Source: a virus. Taken from it: 64,000 nt of DNA. The stretch is taken from positions 1-64,000 of the IMG/VR virus record IMGVR_UViG_3300031463_000004. One strand, given 5' to 3'. The translations under genes and the position numbers were made by a program. The notes beneath the pieces are model-generated. The model did not search any database and was not told the DNA's origin. It saw only the letters and a list, made by a program, of their open reading frames with translations. Below, one piece after another: positions 17,398 through 28,844 of the stretch (position 1 is the first letter of the stretch; each line of letters begins with the position of its first letter).

Positions 17398-18308
17398 TTT
17401 TTCAGCCCCTTCGTAAAGCCACTGATGTCTTTCAAAAATGTCTTGAACTTAACCTTCCACGACGACTGAACACCGATAGCGAACTCTCGGAGGTAGGACC
17501 GTAATTTATCGTGACGGTCCCCTGGTACAATAGACGATAGTTGATTCTGAACCTGCACGATCTTCGGGAGGAGATCCTCATAGAGGTCTCGGAGTAACGA
17601 TTCCAGCTCGATGACTACATAGGAAGTGAACCCATCCTCATACGTCAGTACTTTCGACATTTCTGTAGCCTGTTGCCTGGCTCGATCCAATAGACGCAGA
17701 GTACGCTGTTCTTCTTCTATGATACCTGATGGGATTACCAGATTCGGGAGTTTCGGAGGTGACCCGCTATAGTTCGTGTCCCCGGCTTCCTGATGCTCCC
17801 GTACATCTTCCAGATACTGTGCATACTGTAACCGATATCTGGCCATCTCGTTGCGGAAACGTTCGTGGAAAACAGCTTCATGTCCGTACAAGTCTTCCAG
17901 TCTGGCCAGTTTCTCCTGTGCGATACCGAGCAGATGATTGAACACACCAGACATATTCTTGTATAGCTCACACCTGGACTGGAGAGACTCCTGTACGAGA
18001 GACATCCGAACAATTTGTGGGTCTGCTGAGTAACGGCCACTCGGAGTGAGCTTACAGTGGTCCCTGAAATGTGTCTTCAGGGTATCCTTACTCGGAGGGG
18101 TGGAATCCTGGTCTACAACACCTTCTGTGCGCCATTCTTCCCAATGGCTCGAAACGTCTCCGTGTACCTCATCAATCGTATATCCCAGTACGATTCTGAG
18201 ATGCTCGATATACTCCCGAACCTCGCTCTTATAGTTGCAGATGAGACATGAACTGGATGAGACAGAGGTACTGAGAGTGGTCTTTACCTTGATGACTCTG
18301 CTGGCCAT
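17394..18308 (-). CDS. Hypothetical protein with N-terminal zinc-finger-like motif and helical body
   Basis: CLIC...HFRDHC. Confidence 0.6.
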   Translation of the reverse strand: MASRVIKVKTTLSTSVSSSSCLICNYKSEVREYIEHLRIVLGYTIDEVHGDVSSHWEEWRTEGVVDQDSTPPSKDTLKTHFRDHCKLTPSGRYSADPQIVRMSLVQESLQSRCELYKNMSGVFNHLLGIAQEKLARLEDLYGHEAVFHERFRNEMARYRLQYAQYLEDVREHQEAGDTNYSGSPPKLPNLVIPSGIIEEEQRTLRLLDRARQQATEMSKVLTYEDGFTSYVVIELESLLRDLYEDLLPKIVQVQNQLSSIVPGDRHDKLRSYLREFAIGVQSSWKVKFKTFLKDISGFTKGLKN

Positions 18309-18340
18309 ATTCACCTACTTACACACAAAAAGACACGTAC

Positions 18341-18730
18341 TCATACACCCTGTGGGGGTTTCTGACTCAGGGCAGATAAGAACTTGTATACAAGAGTACC
18401 CCTGTCCCCACGGCTCTGTAGTGCCCGAACTGCCGCCAGAATTGTGGACCTTGTCACTGGTGGATCCATCATTCCAGAGGTATCGCTTGGGAGAAAGGAC
18501 AGAGCCATCCTTCGAGAGATCCTGTTCTCAATACTGGAATCTCTCTCTAATAGGTAATCCATGGCTTTTACCATGGCAGACCTAGACATAAGTTTGTCGG
18601 ATTCCGAGCGTGGAACGACTTTAGCACGTGCGTCCACAACCGGTACAGGTTTCTTCAGAGTCACTTTTGCTTTGTGTCGGCCAGCAAATCTGCTGTGGAC
18701 ACGTGCGTACAGAGTATCCGCATCGAACAT
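18341..18730 (-). CDS. Hypothetical protein
   Basis: GGGGG RBS, operonic. Confidence 0.6.
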   Translation of the reverse strand: MFDADTLYARVHSRFAGRHKAKVTLKKPVPVVDARAKVVPRSESDKLMSRSAMVKAMDYLLERDSSIENRISRRMALSFLPSDTSGMMDPPVTRSTILAAVRALQSRGDRGTLVYKFLSALSQKPPQGV

Positions 18731-18787
18731 TTACACCCCCAAAGACGCTACCCTGAGAACATGGACCCAGAATATGTGTCTGGGGTC

Positions 18788-19342
18788 TCAGGGAAGAAGA
18801 GCGCCGAAAGTCTTAGCCAATTCCTTTCCGTACTCCGCACCATACGCCTGAATATAGTACTGCTCAGCATAATCCATGAGAGAAGTTTTCTCTGGGTTCC
18901 TGGCAGCAAGGCGTACAGAGATCTTGGTTGTAGGTTTAATGTCCTGGACAACGTTGGCGGAGAATACGAATCTCTTCGCATTCCCATCCTCACCCTGGAA
19001 CTCAACGATGACGCCTCCGTCCTTGGACATACCGATCCTTTTTCCGGTTCCATACCCGGGGACATTGACGGCACCACGCTCCGCGGCTATAACTTTCTTC
19101 TCGATCTTCGCAGATCTGAGTTCCGGCTCGTAGCCGAGGTCATCCCTACGGACCAGCGTGAATGTACCATCTCCAGATGGTTCCACAGCCCACACCTCCG
19201 TCGCCCCACCATCGGCAGCACGGAGAGCGAGCCCGCAACCACAGAGGAGATATCCAGCAGCCGTAATGTCTTGCACGGACCCGAAGACTTCCGTCTTAGC
19301 CTGTTTCACCCGCATCGCAACTCGTTCAATCACATCCGACAT
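18788..19342 (-). CDS. Hypothetical protein
   Basis: AAGGAG before ATG 19342. Confidence 0.65.
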   Translation of the reverse strand: MSDVIERVAMRVKQAKTEVFGSVQDITAAGYLLCGCGLALRAADGGATEVWAVEPSGDGTFTLVRRDDLGYEPELRSAKIEKKVIAAERGAVNVPGYGTGKRIGMSKDGGVIVEFQGEDGNAKRFVFSANVVQDIKPTTKISVRLAARNPEKTSLMDYAEQYYIQAYGAEYGKELAKTFGALLP

Positions 19343-19604
19343 GTTGGTCTCCTTTCCTATAGGCAGAACCCGATATCCGCCAAGCACATTCTACCATACG
19401 TAAACTTTCCGCCACAAAAGCATTATACTCACGTGCACTCACCGACGCTTTTTTAGTCTTCTTCTTTGTAACATACTCTTCCGCCTTCCTTACAAGGGCT
19501 TGGAGCGCAGTACTAAAAACATATAGCTCCGGATCGAACTCCACGACTGCAAGAACCCGGGAATTCTCAAGCGCCTTTCTGAGTAAGCCGAGTATCTTTT
19601 CCAC
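19326..19604 (-). CDS. Hypothetical protein
   Basis: Operonic ORF. Confidence 0.5.
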   Translation of the reverse strand: MEKILGLLRKALENSRVLAVVEFDPELYVFSTALQALVRKAEEYVTKKKTKKASVSAREYNAFVAESLRMVECAWRISGSAYRKGDQHVGCD

Positions 19605-19606
19605 GC

Positions 19607-19897
19607 CTACTCCGGGATAAGAATGGCCACGGTGCTTGTGAGGTAGTCTCGTACCCCAGCCTGTTTTCTAACACTAAGAACCTTCTTCTTTTCCTTAATC
19701 TCCAGTACTGACTGTTGCGGCGTCATCTTGAGATACCTACGGACCCAAGTGTACATGGTCACCTTTGAGACGCCAAGAACTGCACTTCTCTCATTCCACG
19801 TATTGTAGGCAGAAATAACATCCCGAAGGACGGCATCAATACTCTTGCCGTACCCCTTTTCCACCCTAGAAACCTCGTATGACCGATTAGCTGACAC
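19607..19897 (-). CDS. Small helix-turn-helix protein
   Basis: SAVLGVSKVTMYTWV; GGAGG before GTG. Confidence 0.6.
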   Translation of the reverse strand: MSANRSYEVSRVEKGYGKSIDAVLRDVISAYNTWNERSAVLGVSKVTMYTWVRRYLKMTPQQSVLEIKEKKKVLSVRKQAGVRDYLTSTVAILIPE

Positions 19898-19960
19898 TCG
19901 TACCTCCAGGATGACAAATATGAGGCCGATAGAATACAAATAGTAAAGTGCAATAACCGA

Positions 19961-20788
19961 TTAAATCTTTATCCTCTCTTTCAGCCCACGCAGTTCCGAC
20001 TCAAACCCTAGAGATGAATTCCATAATGCCCTGGGTCCCACACATTGGACACAGTATGACTCCAAATACCTGACGTAGTCTTCCGTATCTGAACCAGGGA
20101 TCTTAATGTAATCCTCAATTCTGACGCTGTCTGAAGTAGAACCGTAAGGGAGAATATGGTACTTCAGGAACCCTCTAGTATATGACACAATCGGCACGTT
20201 CGGATCGGAGTGCCCAAGCGGGCCTACTACAATCTCTGGGGGCAATACAGAGACAGATTCTTCTATGTTTAGACCAAGAGGGAGCCCTACGAATGTAACG
20301 CGGTCGTCAAGGATTTGACTCAGACTCCTCAAAGAGGATACCCAGACAAGAGACCCGTACTCAACAAGGACCCCTGATTCTGTCCGTACAAACCTGTTCA
20401 AGAGAGATAAGCCTTCAATCTTAGACACACATCCTCGCGACTTCAATATACTCGCTTCACCAACCCAGGAGAGTTTGAGATCAACAAATCCATCATCAAT
20501 ACACCGTAACAAAGAATAGAAGAACCAGACGTCTCCACCGAGTCTTTCGCGGAACATTCTGGAGTATTGTGTGTATCTCAGACGGTGTAATTGATCAACT
20601 CCACGTAATCCATACCTACACAGAATATGCGGAATATCTATGTCCTCAATATAGATATATCTGACGTCTGGGTCCCCAGTATACACGAGGAACGTAGTGA
20701 GCCCGAGTTCCCTCAGAAAGTCCTGTACTGTTGCAGAAAATGGGGTATCCCCAACTATGCAAACATCACAAAGAATATTACTGGCCAT
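19961..20788 (-). CDS. Hypothetical protein, possibly degenerate Rossmann/FAD-binding fold
   Basis: N-terminal DVCIVG; glycine motif not intact. Confidence 0.45.
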   Translation of the reverse strand: MASNILCDVCIVGDTPFSATVQDFLRELGLTTFLVYTGDPDVRYIYIEDIDIPHILCRYGLRGVDQLHRLRYTQYSRMFRERLGGDVWFFYSLLRCIDDGFVDLKLSWVGEASILKSRGCVSKIEGLSLLNRFVRTESGVLVEYGSLVWVSSLRSLSQILDDRVTFVGLPLGLNIEESVSVLPPEIVVGPLGHSDPNVPIVSYTRGFLKYHILPYGSTSDSVRIEDYIKIPGSDTEDYVRYLESYCVQCVGPRALWNSSLGFESELRGLKERIKI

Positions 20789-21059
20789 CTTGAGGACCGA
20801 TAAAGTTTACCCAGCCCTTCCCGACAAGCCAACGTGCCATATCCAGGAGATTGGCCTCAGCACAGTCCATTGGTGTACATACATCCAGGGAACACCCGAA
20901 TGCAGACCCATCAGGTCCAGGGGACAAGAAGTTTGGGCATTCCGTTGGGCATTGCACACTCGCTACCTCATAGACGTATTCCTTCAGATCCTTTTCGAGG
21001 CGCGAAACCAGATCTTCTTTGCTACATGGAAGAACCTGAGCCCGTCTAACGATCCTCAC
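20778..21059 (-). CDS. Small Cys-rich hypothetical protein
   Basis: GGAGG-like RBS; CPTECP..C..C..C. Confidence 0.55.
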   Translation of the reverse strand: MRIVRRAQVLPCSKEDLVSRLEKDLKEYVYEVASVQCPTECPNFLSPGPDGSAFGCSLDVCTPMDCAEANLLDMARWLVGKGWVNFIGPQDGQ

Positions 21060-21080
21060 AACTTCCCTCCTGGAAATACA

Positions 21081-22127
21081 CTATTGCAGCCTATCCACAA
21101 CTGCCTTCCGCATCCTCTCAAATAGCTCCTTGTCCCTAAGCAGTACCTCACGGACGGTTTCACGGCCCTGACCTAGCCGTGTCCCATCTGTTAGAGAATA
21201 CCACGTACCAGATTTCTCAACTATCTTGAATTTCTCTGCGTAATCGAGTACCTCACCATGTACCGAGATACCAATGCCGTAGAGTATGTCGAATTCAGAC
21301 TGCTTGAATGGAGGAGCCACTTTGTTCTTGACCACCTTCACTCGGACTCTGTTCCCAACAACTGCCCCATCTTTTGCCTGGATAGACCCAATCTTACGTA
21401 TATCCAGACGCAGAGAAGCGTAGAACTTTAGCGCTCTACCTCCAGTTGTCGTCTCTGGGTTCCCATACATGGGACTCTGGGATATCTTGTCCCTGAGCTG
21501 ATTGATGAAGAGTACAACAGTACTTGTCTTACTCACCACACCAGCGAGTTTCCGCAACGCCTGGGACATCAGACGGGCCTGCAACCCCATATGGGAGTCT
21601 CCCATCTCCCCGTCAATTTCCGCCTTTGGTACCAGTGCAGCCACAGAATCAACAACAATCACATCCACAGCCCCTGACCTAACCAGTGTTTCTGTGATCT
21701 CAAGAGCTTGTTCCCCTGTATCTGGCTGACTAACAAGCAGAGATTCCGTATCAACCCCTATCCTAGCAGCATAATCTGTGTCCAGAGCATGTTCTGCATC
21801 AATGAATGCGCAGACACCACCGAGCTTATTCGCTTCAGAAATGCAGTGCAGTGCAAGCGATGTCTTTCCAGCAGACTCCGGCCCGAATATCTCAATAATC
21901 CTACCTCTTGGGTATCCACCAACCCCAATAGCCCAATCTAACCCAATACTACCGCTTGGGATGACCTCCAGTTTAATCTTTTGGCCTGTATCCCCCAACC
22001 TTGTAATCGCACCTTTCCCAAACTGCCCTTCAATCCTCGAAATCACATCTGAAATTGCTTTCTCACGAGGGTCCTCTGTTCTGTCTGACCCTTTTTGACG
22101 TGTTCCGGTTATAGATACTTTAGACAT
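21081..22127 (-). CDS. recA: Recombinase RecA (bacterial type)
   Basis: [44 protein letters not shown]; AGGAGAAGG before ATG 22127. Confidence 0.97.
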   Translation of the reverse strand: MSKVSITGTRQKGSDRTEDPREKAISDVISRIEGQFGKGAITRLGDTGQKIKLEVIPSGSIGLDWAIGVGGYPRGRIIEIFGPESAGKTSLALHCISEANKLGGVCAFIDAEHALDTDYAARIGVDTESLLVSQPDTGEQALEITETLVRSGAVDVIVVDSVAALVPKAEIDGEMGDSHMGLQARLMSQALRKLAGVVSKTSTVVLFINQLRDKISQSPMYGNPETTTGGRALKFYASLRLDIRKIGSIQAKDGAVVGNRVRVKVVKNKVAPPFKQSEFDILYGIGISVHGEVLDYAEKFKIVEKSGTWYSLTDGTRLGQGRETVREVLLRDKELFERMRKAVVDRLQ

Positions 22128-25100
22128 TTTTCCTTCTCCTAGTGCGAATGGACTCACTCGTCTCTGTGACACCAGATTTTCCAGCTGCCGAAACAGGAGT
22201 AACAACAGTTCTATTACCCCCCACACTCACACAAATCAAACGTTCCTGAAACAGTGATTGGATCTGATGGTCGTGAGAGATGACGTAGATGTGTGGGATA
22301 TCTCTACCGAGAGATAGGAGGAGTCTACTCACACAGATAGTTCCAGATCGGTCCAAACCGTCGAATATCTCGTCAACGAACAGAACATTACACTGTACCC
22401 CACAGACATCAGAGTACAATTTCCGATATGCAAGAAGGATGGCCAGGTCCATCCGCTTTTCTTGCCCTTTTGAGACGCGGTGGATACCATCGACTATTCC
22501 GGTATCAAACACAACATTGAATGCGAGTTTCTCTTTATACCCACCAGATTTGTCTGGTTCGGCAAGGACTGATTGAATAGTGTATTTCCCATCAGATAGC
22601 GCTGAACAGTATTCATATAAATACCTATTCAGGACATCCTGAACGTGTGCGTAAACATGTAGCCTAACGCCTTTCCCACTCTTGTACCCGAGAGCAGATA
22701 ATAGGTTCTCTATGCCAGCAATTCGTGTCTTCAGTATTTCGACGTGTCGCTCTTGGGAGGTCCTATTAGTCCGTATCCCGTCCAGGTCGAGCTCCGCCTC
22801 TCGTATCTTCTCTGGATAGTTATTTTCCTGGACCACAGGTTCGTCTGGACGAGAGGATTTCGCTTGGTCGTAGATTCTCTGGAGACGCAAGACTTTATCC
22901 GACAATGTAACCACCTCGCGTTCCAGTCGTTCTAGCTCATTCAGCTTATCCTCGTGTTTTCTCAATATGTCCTTAAGCCTTGTGATGGTCTCAACTGCAG
23001 AAGGGATCTCCGAATCTACGCCGTCCATGTCTTCCTTGGCGGCATCTCGTGCAGACGTGTATTCCAAAAGTTTCTTGTTTATGTGATTTTCCGGGATGCG
23101 TTGCTCGCACTCCGGGCATTCTGCATCAGGAGACCGTGATACCCATTTTCCTACCATAGTAGCTAATCTGTTGTATTCTACCCGCTTTTCTGCGCGTACT
23201 TCTTTCAATTCGTATAGAACTCTCTCCCACTCTTCAATGGCTTTCTTGGCGGTGTCGTACTCATCTTTCTCTGCCTCTATTTCTGACCTACACCGATCCC
23301 TCTCCTCCTCCGCAGTCCGAACCCTGGCCTGTTCAGATTGTATCTCGGACAACAGACTCGCTTGTCTCTCCTCGTATTTTGCAAGTTCTGACTCGTAGAT
23401 GGATTTGGCGGTTTCAATCTTACGTTGAAAGTCAACATAGTCCTTCTTGTACTGTTCCACCTTGGCCTGGATGTCAGTCTCCCTGTAAGTAAGGATGCTA
23501 AGCATAGATTCGACTGCGGTCAGCTTCTTAGCTTCTTCTGATAGAACTGAGACGCAGAAATCCTGCCACTGCTTCAGACGAGACATCCCAAGGATTTCAT
23601 CTAAGATACTCCGCTGTTCAGCTTCTTCGAGCTCCAAATAATATCGGAGCTTCCTCCCCTGCTGCCCAAGCAAAACAAGGTGCTGCCACAGATTCTTTGG
23701 GACACGTAAGATTGTGTCCTGCAAATAGGATTCTACGTCCACTGGAGATTGTACGGCACCATCTACCCATACTGTCAGTTTGTGTGGTCTACAGCGTTCA
23801 ATTTGGACGCGCTGCCCGCGTACAGACAGATCCAATCTCACGCGGCAGCTCTTAGCCCCATCACGGATAACGTCATCTGCGAGAACTCTTTTACTCCCAC
23901 CTATGATCTCCCCGGTAAGAGCCCAGTAGATGGCCCTCAATATCCACGATTTCCCGGCTCCATTGGATCTCTCCACACCAGAATCAATCTCCTCAACAGA
24001 GAATTGGTCCTTCTCCGAGTCCACGACGACGCCCTGAATCAGGGTAAGAGGGGAGGCCTCAAGGTCAATGTAGGTGGAAACATGTGGACCAAAGTTCTCC
24101 ATCGAAAGACTGTGGAACTCCAGAGATCCACTCGATACAGAGACGTCAGGGGAATCCGCAACGGCCTGGTCTAACACGCGGAGAGATTCTTCCAGGACCT
24201 CTTTTTTCTCTGTATATTTTCTGAGATACTCCCGTAGGACCGAGACAAGGGAGAAAGACCCAAAGTCTCCATCCAGACTTATTGTGTCAGACTTCTTCTG
24301 TACTGGTTTAACCACCAGACAACTAAAACCACCACCATACGCTCTTCTGGTGAACTCTTCACGAACCCTATCTGGCAACTCGAATGTAGACTTCACCCTT
24401 ACAAAGTTTCCGTCAATTACAGAATCTATGGCTTCTAGTTCGTCTTCCCTTTGTATCACAAAATCATAATATTTAGGAACCCCTGGGACGTCTATCCTCT
24501 CTATTGTGTATTTACCAGAGTTGCTGATATCCAAAATCAATGGCCCTTTGTCTTCCCACGATTCGCCAAAGGACGTGGGAAACATAGCGCCAATAACATA
24601 ACTATTCTCATCCAACTTCTGGTGTTTGTGGTGATGCCCGAACAGCCGAAGATCCATTACTGGAAAATCGGATAGTGGGATCCCCTCAAGCATCTCATAA
24701 TCTTCTGGGCCAACCTTGGCACCCAGTATCGGAGAGTGCGCCACAAGTACGTTCATATACCCGTCGTGTGGTTTCACATGAGATGGAGAGTACCCATACG
24801 GGAGGAAATGGAGGTTGACCCCGGGCACAATACAATTCCCCGGCCTTGAATAGACCCGAATCTTCTCTGAGTCGAATGGTTCAAGCACGCTTCTGCTAGC
24901 GTCCTTTACGGGCTGATCATGATTTCCAGACACAATATAGACTGGAGCATGAAAAGATGCAAGATGGCCGAATACCGTCAAATAGGTCAAGCTGTGGACC
25001 GTAGTCCTATCGTGGAACATATCCCCACCGAATATGACGGCGTCTACTCTTCTTGAGAGTTTTTTCATATTCTCAAGAAGGTTCTCGATCACGGTGAGTA

Positions 25101-25146
25101 CGGAAGGACGTGCATGCAAATCAGAACCTACAAGGAATCTAGGCAT
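22120..25146 (-). CDS. Fused SbcD(Mre11)-SbcC(Rad50) nuclease-ATPase
   Basis: SDLH, GDMFH, GNHD, GHHH; NGAGKS, CPEC hook, SKGQ signature, [12 protein letters not shown]. Confidence 0.9.
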   Translation of the reverse strand: MPRFLVGSDLHARPSVLTVIENLLENMKKLSRRVDAVIFGGDMFHDRTTVHSLTYLTVFGHLASFHAPVYIVSGNHDQPVKDASRSVLEPFDSEKIRVYSRPGNCIVPGVNLHFLPYGYSPSHVKPHDGYMNVLVAHSPILGAKVGPEDYEMLEGIPLSDFPVMDLRLFGHHHKHQKLDENSYVIGAMFPTSFGESWEDKGPLILDISNSGKYTIERIDVPGVPKYYDFVIQREDELEAIDSVIDGNFVRVKSTFELPDRVREEFTRRAYGGGFSCLVVKPVQKKSDTISLDGDFGSFSLVSVLREYLRKYTEKKEVLEESLRVLDQAVADSPDVSVSSGSLEFHSLSMENFGPHVSTYIDLEASPLTLIQGVVVDSEKDQFSVEEIDSGVERSNGAGKSWILRAIYWALTGEIIGGSKRVLADDVIRDGAKSCRVRLDLSVRGQRVQIERCRPHKLTVWVDGAVQSPVDVESYLQDTILRVPKNLWQHLVLLGQQGRKLRYYLELEEAEQRSILDEILGMSRLKQWQDFCVSVLSEEAKKLTAVESMLSILTYRETDIQAKVEQYKKDYVDFQRKIETAKSIYESELAKYEERQASLLSEIQSEQARVRTAEEERDRCRSEIEAEKDEYDTAKKAIEEWERVLYELKEVRAEKRVEYNRLATMVGKWVSRSPDAECPECEQRIPENHINKKLLEYTSARDAAKEDMDGVDSEIPSAVETITRLKDILRKHEDKLNELERLEREVVTLSDKVLRLQRIYDQAKSSRPDEPVVQENNYPEKIREAELDLDGIRTNRTSQERHVEILKTRIAGIENLLSALGYKSGKGVRLHVYAHVQDVLNRYLYEYCSALSDGKYTIQSVLAEPDKSGGYKEKLAFNVVFDTGIVDGIHRVSKGQEKRMDLAILLAYRKLYSDVCGVQCNVLFVDEIFDGLDRSGTICVSRLLLSLGRDIPHIYVISHDHQIQSLFQERLICVSVGGNRTVVTPVSAAGKSGVTETSESIRTRRRKNV

Positions 25147-25164
25147 CTGTGAGCCCCCGTACGA

Positions 25165-26106
25165 TCACATGTACTGAGAGAAGTGACTCCTGAAGAAACT
25201 CAAACCAATCGGACGTAACACACTCGTCAACGCTTCGGGATTTCTAGACCCATCAAGGAGCTGATACCCTACTTTTCGCAATCTGATGAGATCCATATTT
25301 CTGGCCAAGATTTCCGGGTGTTCTCTGGCCCTGAGTAGCCGGCTCCCAACACGTTTGATGGCCCCAATGCTGTCCACAGATGCCGAGAGAAATTCCTGGG
25401 CATCTCGGTATCTGGAAACCACCTGGAATGCAGACGTCTTGCCTATCCCATCAAGTCCAGGTATTCTATCCGACGGGTCCCCACACAATGCCTTATAGAA
25501 CACTATCCTGTCACAAGGGTACCCGAGGATATCTGACGCTTCATCTGAATTTTTAACGGCAAGTCTCCTTTGAGGTGAGTACAGAATAAACTGGAACTCA
25601 CTAAACATCTGCAACAAATCAGAGTCATCACTCACAACTACACAAGTCCATCCAGGCATTCTCGAAACGTCTGACACAATTGAGTAGATTATGTCATCAC
25701 CTTCTGATGGCCCTGGGTATCCGACCGCCGTTGCGATAGGAGTAGCCATCACAGCCCTTTCCAATATTCTGCACTCTTCCGAAACGGCTTGCCTATCAAT
25801 ATGCGTTTCTTCGTCTTGCTGAGGTATCTTATAGTCTGGGTACAGAGCCACCCTATCTGGGTTCCTTCCCGTATCCCAGCACATAATATACTGGTTCTCC
25901 AGAGGAGCCATGAATCTGAATAACCCAAGAAGGAATCTAAGCGTGCCGTACACACCTGGAGTTTGGACTCCAGATTGAGAGAACCCAATGTGGTTACGAA
26001 AAACAATGTTGTTCCCATCCAATAGAATAATCGCTGGGGACCCAGACACAGAATTGGAGATACTGGACCCATGGATTGAGTCATTGCCCATATTGAGTAG
26101 ACTCAT
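25165..26106 (-). CDS. 5'-3' exonuclease / flap endonuclease (PIN fold, T4 RNase H-like)
   Basis: LLDGNN, YPDYK, EGDD, SDDSDL, GDPSDRIPGLDGIG. Confidence 0.9.
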   Translation of the reverse strand: MSLLNMGNDSIHGSSISNSVSGSPAIILLDGNNIVFRNHIGFSQSGVQTPGVYGTLRFLLGLFRFMAPLENQYIMCWDTGRNPDRVALYPDYKIPQQDEETHIDRQAVSEECRILERAVMATPIATAVGYPGPSEGDDIIYSIVSDVSRMPGWTCVVVSDDSDLLQMFSEFQFILYSPQRRLAVKNSDEASDILGYPCDRIVFYKALCGDPSDRIPGLDGIGKTSAFQVVSRYRDAQEFLSASVDSIGAIKRVGSRLLRAREHPEILARNMDLIRLRKVGYQLLDGSRNPEALTSVLRPIGLSFFRSHFSQYM

Positions 26107-26810
26107 CCGACAACCCCATATCCGTAGCGTATCCGAATCTCACAAGTCCTGTTCCTCAGCTCTGGAGGGGTTAGAACCGTTACGACGGACGACAGCCCAG
26201 AAGAATCCTGCTCTTGCTTAGCCATGTGTACACATACTGTCGAGCTCTGGGTTGCATAATTGTGTGCCAGGGCACCAACCATTCCGGATTCGGTATCTCT
26301 CACTTGGTTAACAAGTAGAATTGTCGTGTCGTAACGGATATGGGGTCTGATCTTCGCCAAGAACTCCTTTACGGGTTTCCATGTGACTCCCCGCACGGAA
26401 TGAGACAGCGAAGTCAAGTCATCCACCACAAGTATAGAGTCTCTCGCTGAATCCAAGAGTTCCAGGACTGGAGATGACGCTTCTAGCAGACTGAGGGTGA
26501 GGATAACTGCATTCTTGCCATGGACCCTGTCGGAGAAGCCTGGGAGAGGATGCTCACCGGCGATTGTGAGTATTATCCCAAGATCTCCACCATTTTCGAG
26601 GTGGGAGATAACAGACGAGGCACACAGTGAGGATTTCCCTGCGCCGGCGTCTCCCTGAATGTAGGAAACCTCGTGCCTGGGCCAGCCACCTCCAAGAATC
26701 TCGTCCAGGTCCACACACCCAGTACTAACAGGAAGTTTCCTATCCTGAAAATGTGACAGGCTCCCGCCACTGCACTGAAGCGGGAGCCAGTCTATCTTCA
26801 CACTCTTCAC
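26103..26810 (-). CDS. Short RecA/RadB-like ATPase
   Basis: STGCVDLDEILGGGWP, GDAGAGKS, LVVDD, VNQVR. Confidence 0.75.
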   Translation of the reverse strand: MKSVKIDWLPLQCSGGSLSHFQDRKLPVSTGCVDLDEILGGGWPRHEVSYIQGDAGAGKSSLCASSVISHLENGGDLGIILTIAGEHPLPGFSDRVHGKNAVILTLSLLEASSPVLELLDSARDSILVVDDLTSLSHSVRGVTWKPVKEFLAKIRPHIRYDTTILLVNQVRDTESGMVGALAHNYATQSSTVCVHMAKQEQDSSGLSSVVTVLTPPELRNRTCEIRIRYGYGVVG

Positions 26811-26814
26811 TCAG

Positions 26815-27087
26815 TCACTCCACATCTCTCATATTCCGTAGAATATATGTGTTCTCTTCCAGCTGCTGCTCAATGGCCGCAGATAAAAGCGAATCGGCTT
26901 CTGCATACAGCTGTTCGTGACTGAGCCTACCAGGCGAGGCTTCAGTGACAGTCACTGATACAAGGCCTCCCACACTGCCGTTCCACGATTCCCCGTACTT
27001 TGACGTCCCTTTGTGCTGTTTTATCTCTTTTGAGATCGTGATAGACGTGAGAATATCCTGGTTCGGGTTTTCATTGAACTTACTCAT
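26815..27087 (-). CDS. Hypothetical protein
   Basis: GAGGAG RBS, operonic. Confidence 0.6.
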   Translation of the reverse strand: MSKFNENPNQDILTSITISKEIKQHKGTSKYGESWNGSVGGLVSVTVTEASPGRLSHEQLYAEADSLLSAAIEQQLEENTYILRNMRDVE

Positions 27088-27100
27088 GACTCTCTCCTCG

Positions 27101-28183
27101 CTACTTCGACCGCGCTAGCCTTCTGCGATTTGCTTCCGCAAGCAGCTCGGCGGCAGTCTTTGGTTTCGAGGACGCCGCAGGCACCTGTTCTGTGGTGGCT
27201 TGTTGAACTGCACTCTGCTGAATTGGAGGCTTTTCGGCTACCTCAGCCTTGGGTGACGGTTCTGCGGACCTCTGACTCGGACTGGAATCGCACTCCTGGA
27301 AGTACGAGCAGTCCAAGCAAGGAGATCCATCCGAATTGTCCTTCAAACCTTTGTTATAGCACCTAGGTATTGCGTCTTTTGTGTCCATTTGCTGCGCCGA
27401 AGCCAATGTGGACACAGAGGGGCTAGGAGAAGTGGCTACCTTCTGGGATTCGGAGGATTGTTTAGTATTCGAGCCGGGAAGAAAGTCCGTGACATCCAGA
27501 CCTTTGAGGTAGTAGGCTAGCTCAGTTTTGGACGTGAGCTTCTCCCAGATGTCAACCACATCCGGGGGACGAAGTACACTCAGAACGTCAACTTTTCGCA
27601 GTTTGGAGAGATCCACCGGAATGGGCGTGTCTTCCCTTTCCGGGGTAACCGAATCCAAGTCAAAGATCTCACGACCACGATACTTCGTTGCTCTTGCTGC
27701 AACACGGATACGGAAATTGTGGGCAGTAGGATCACCCCATTCCCTGTAATTCAGGTACGGGATGAAGCGACTAAACATGTCTTCCCTGAGTCTGAGAATA
27801 GTAGGGCCTACCCACGAATCCGTAGATGGACTGTGGATGAGAGCCAACATGGCATACTTCGTCTTCCCAGTATTCATGTCGGCGAGGAGCCTGGAACCCT
27901 CCGGGTCTAGAGTCTCCGACCTACCGAGGGATTCCTGAATCGCGCAGAGGAGACAGAAATCCTCTCCGATGGTCCTCGCACACGTGCAGACTCCCAGGTC
28001 CCTACCAGGGTAGTTGTGCTCCGCATAGGACTGCCACAGCACGTCCTGGCTCCCAGGAATTTCGAGCAAACGAATCGTATACGTGCCTTCTTTGAACTTG
28101 AAAAAGACCCCAACGCTGCGCTCCTCGTCTAACTGAGACGCACGCCTGAGAATTCTATCCAGCGTTGACCTGTCCAACGGCAT
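27101..28183 (-). CDS. Single-stranded DNA-binding protein, gp32-like, with C-terminal Cys cluster
   Basis: FFKFKEG..IRLL, H..C..C..C core; position in replication module. Confidence 0.65.
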   Translation of the reverse strand: MPLDRSTLDRILRRASQLDEERSVGVFFKFKEGTYTIRLLEIPGSQDVLWQSYAEHNYPGRDLGVCTCARTIGEDFCLLCAIQESLGRSETLDPEGSRLLADMNTGKTKYAMLALIHSPSTDSWVGPTILRLREDMFSRFIPYLNYREWGDPTAHNFRIRVAARATKYRGREIFDLDSVTPEREDTPIPVDLSKLRKVDVLSVLRPPDVVDIWEKLTSKTELAYYLKGLDVTDFLPGSNTKQSSESQKVATSPSPSVSTLASAQQMDTKDAIPRCYNKGLKDNSDGSPCLDCSYFQECDSSPSQRSAEPSPKAEVAEKPPIQQSAVQQATTEQVPAASSKPKTAAELLAEANRRRLARSK

Positions 28184-28201
28184 ATTTCACCTCCAAACGT
28201 G

Positions 28202-28780
28202 TCAGGACTTTGGATGTACCCTCGCAATCACACGCGTCTTACGTTCCTTCGGCTCACTCTGGAGTTCCGACGGCGGAACTGGCGTCTCAATCACCACAGG
28301 AGACGGACCACCAAATTCCCCAGCAGCTCTCATATTTGCGGAGAGAGTCTGTAGGACTCCTTGGAGCAATGCGTACCCCTCCTGGACGGTCTTCGCGTAA
28401 CTGAGTTGTAGAGAGGCCTCCTCAAGTAGGTCACAGCTACTCATGTAGTCTGGGTGAGTCTTGACCTTCTCAGCGAGGGCGTTCTCTGTCCGCTTCCCGT
28501 CCTTAGATTCGTCCCAGTTCTCTCTGATTTGTGTTGATAGTACCATGTATATTTTGTCTCGTTGTGTCTTCAGATACTGTACATTCGCAGTAAGAGTATC
28601 TGCCACTGCGGCCCACTTTGCCCATTTTGAAACCACAGAATACAAGCTCTCACTGACACGTGTCGGGGAGACCTGGAATTCCTTGTCCAGGTCTACCAGT
28701 ACCTCCTCCGTGGTTCCATCGGCCTTTGGGTAACTGAGACTAATCTGAGTCGGGTTTTCAGATAACTTTATACTGACCAT
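28202..28780 (-). CDS. UvsY-like recombination mediator (putative)
   Basis: Helical, KRTENAL..V..HPDY pattern, adjacent to SSB. Confidence 0.5.
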   Translation of the reverse strand: MVSIKLSENPTQISLSYPKADGTTEEVLVDLDKEFQVSPTRVSESLYSVVSKWAKWAAVADTLTANVQYLKTQRDKIYMVLSTQIRENWDESKDGKRTENALAEKVKTHPDYMSSCDLLEEASLQLSYAKTVQEGYALLQGVLQTLSANMRAAGEFGGPSPVVIETPVPPSELQSEPKERKTRVIARVHPKS

Positions 28781-28844
28781 TGTGTCTCCTTTCTCCGAAC
28801 ATCTCCATTCCTTCTAACACACCGGAAGGATCGGACTCTCGTGA

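Noticed and set aside
18674-19456. 260-aa + strand ORF (similarly 31565-32188 and 59969-60640)
   Set aside because: Antisense to genes with good RBSs or overlapping a regulatory hairpin; no recognisable domain.
19961-20788. Confident FAD oxidoreductase call
   Set aside because: The GxGxxG motif is missing; left as hypothetical.
22128-22226. Hydrophobic N-terminal extension on RecA
   Set aside because: Artefact of longest-ORF calling; a strong RBS supports ATG 22127.
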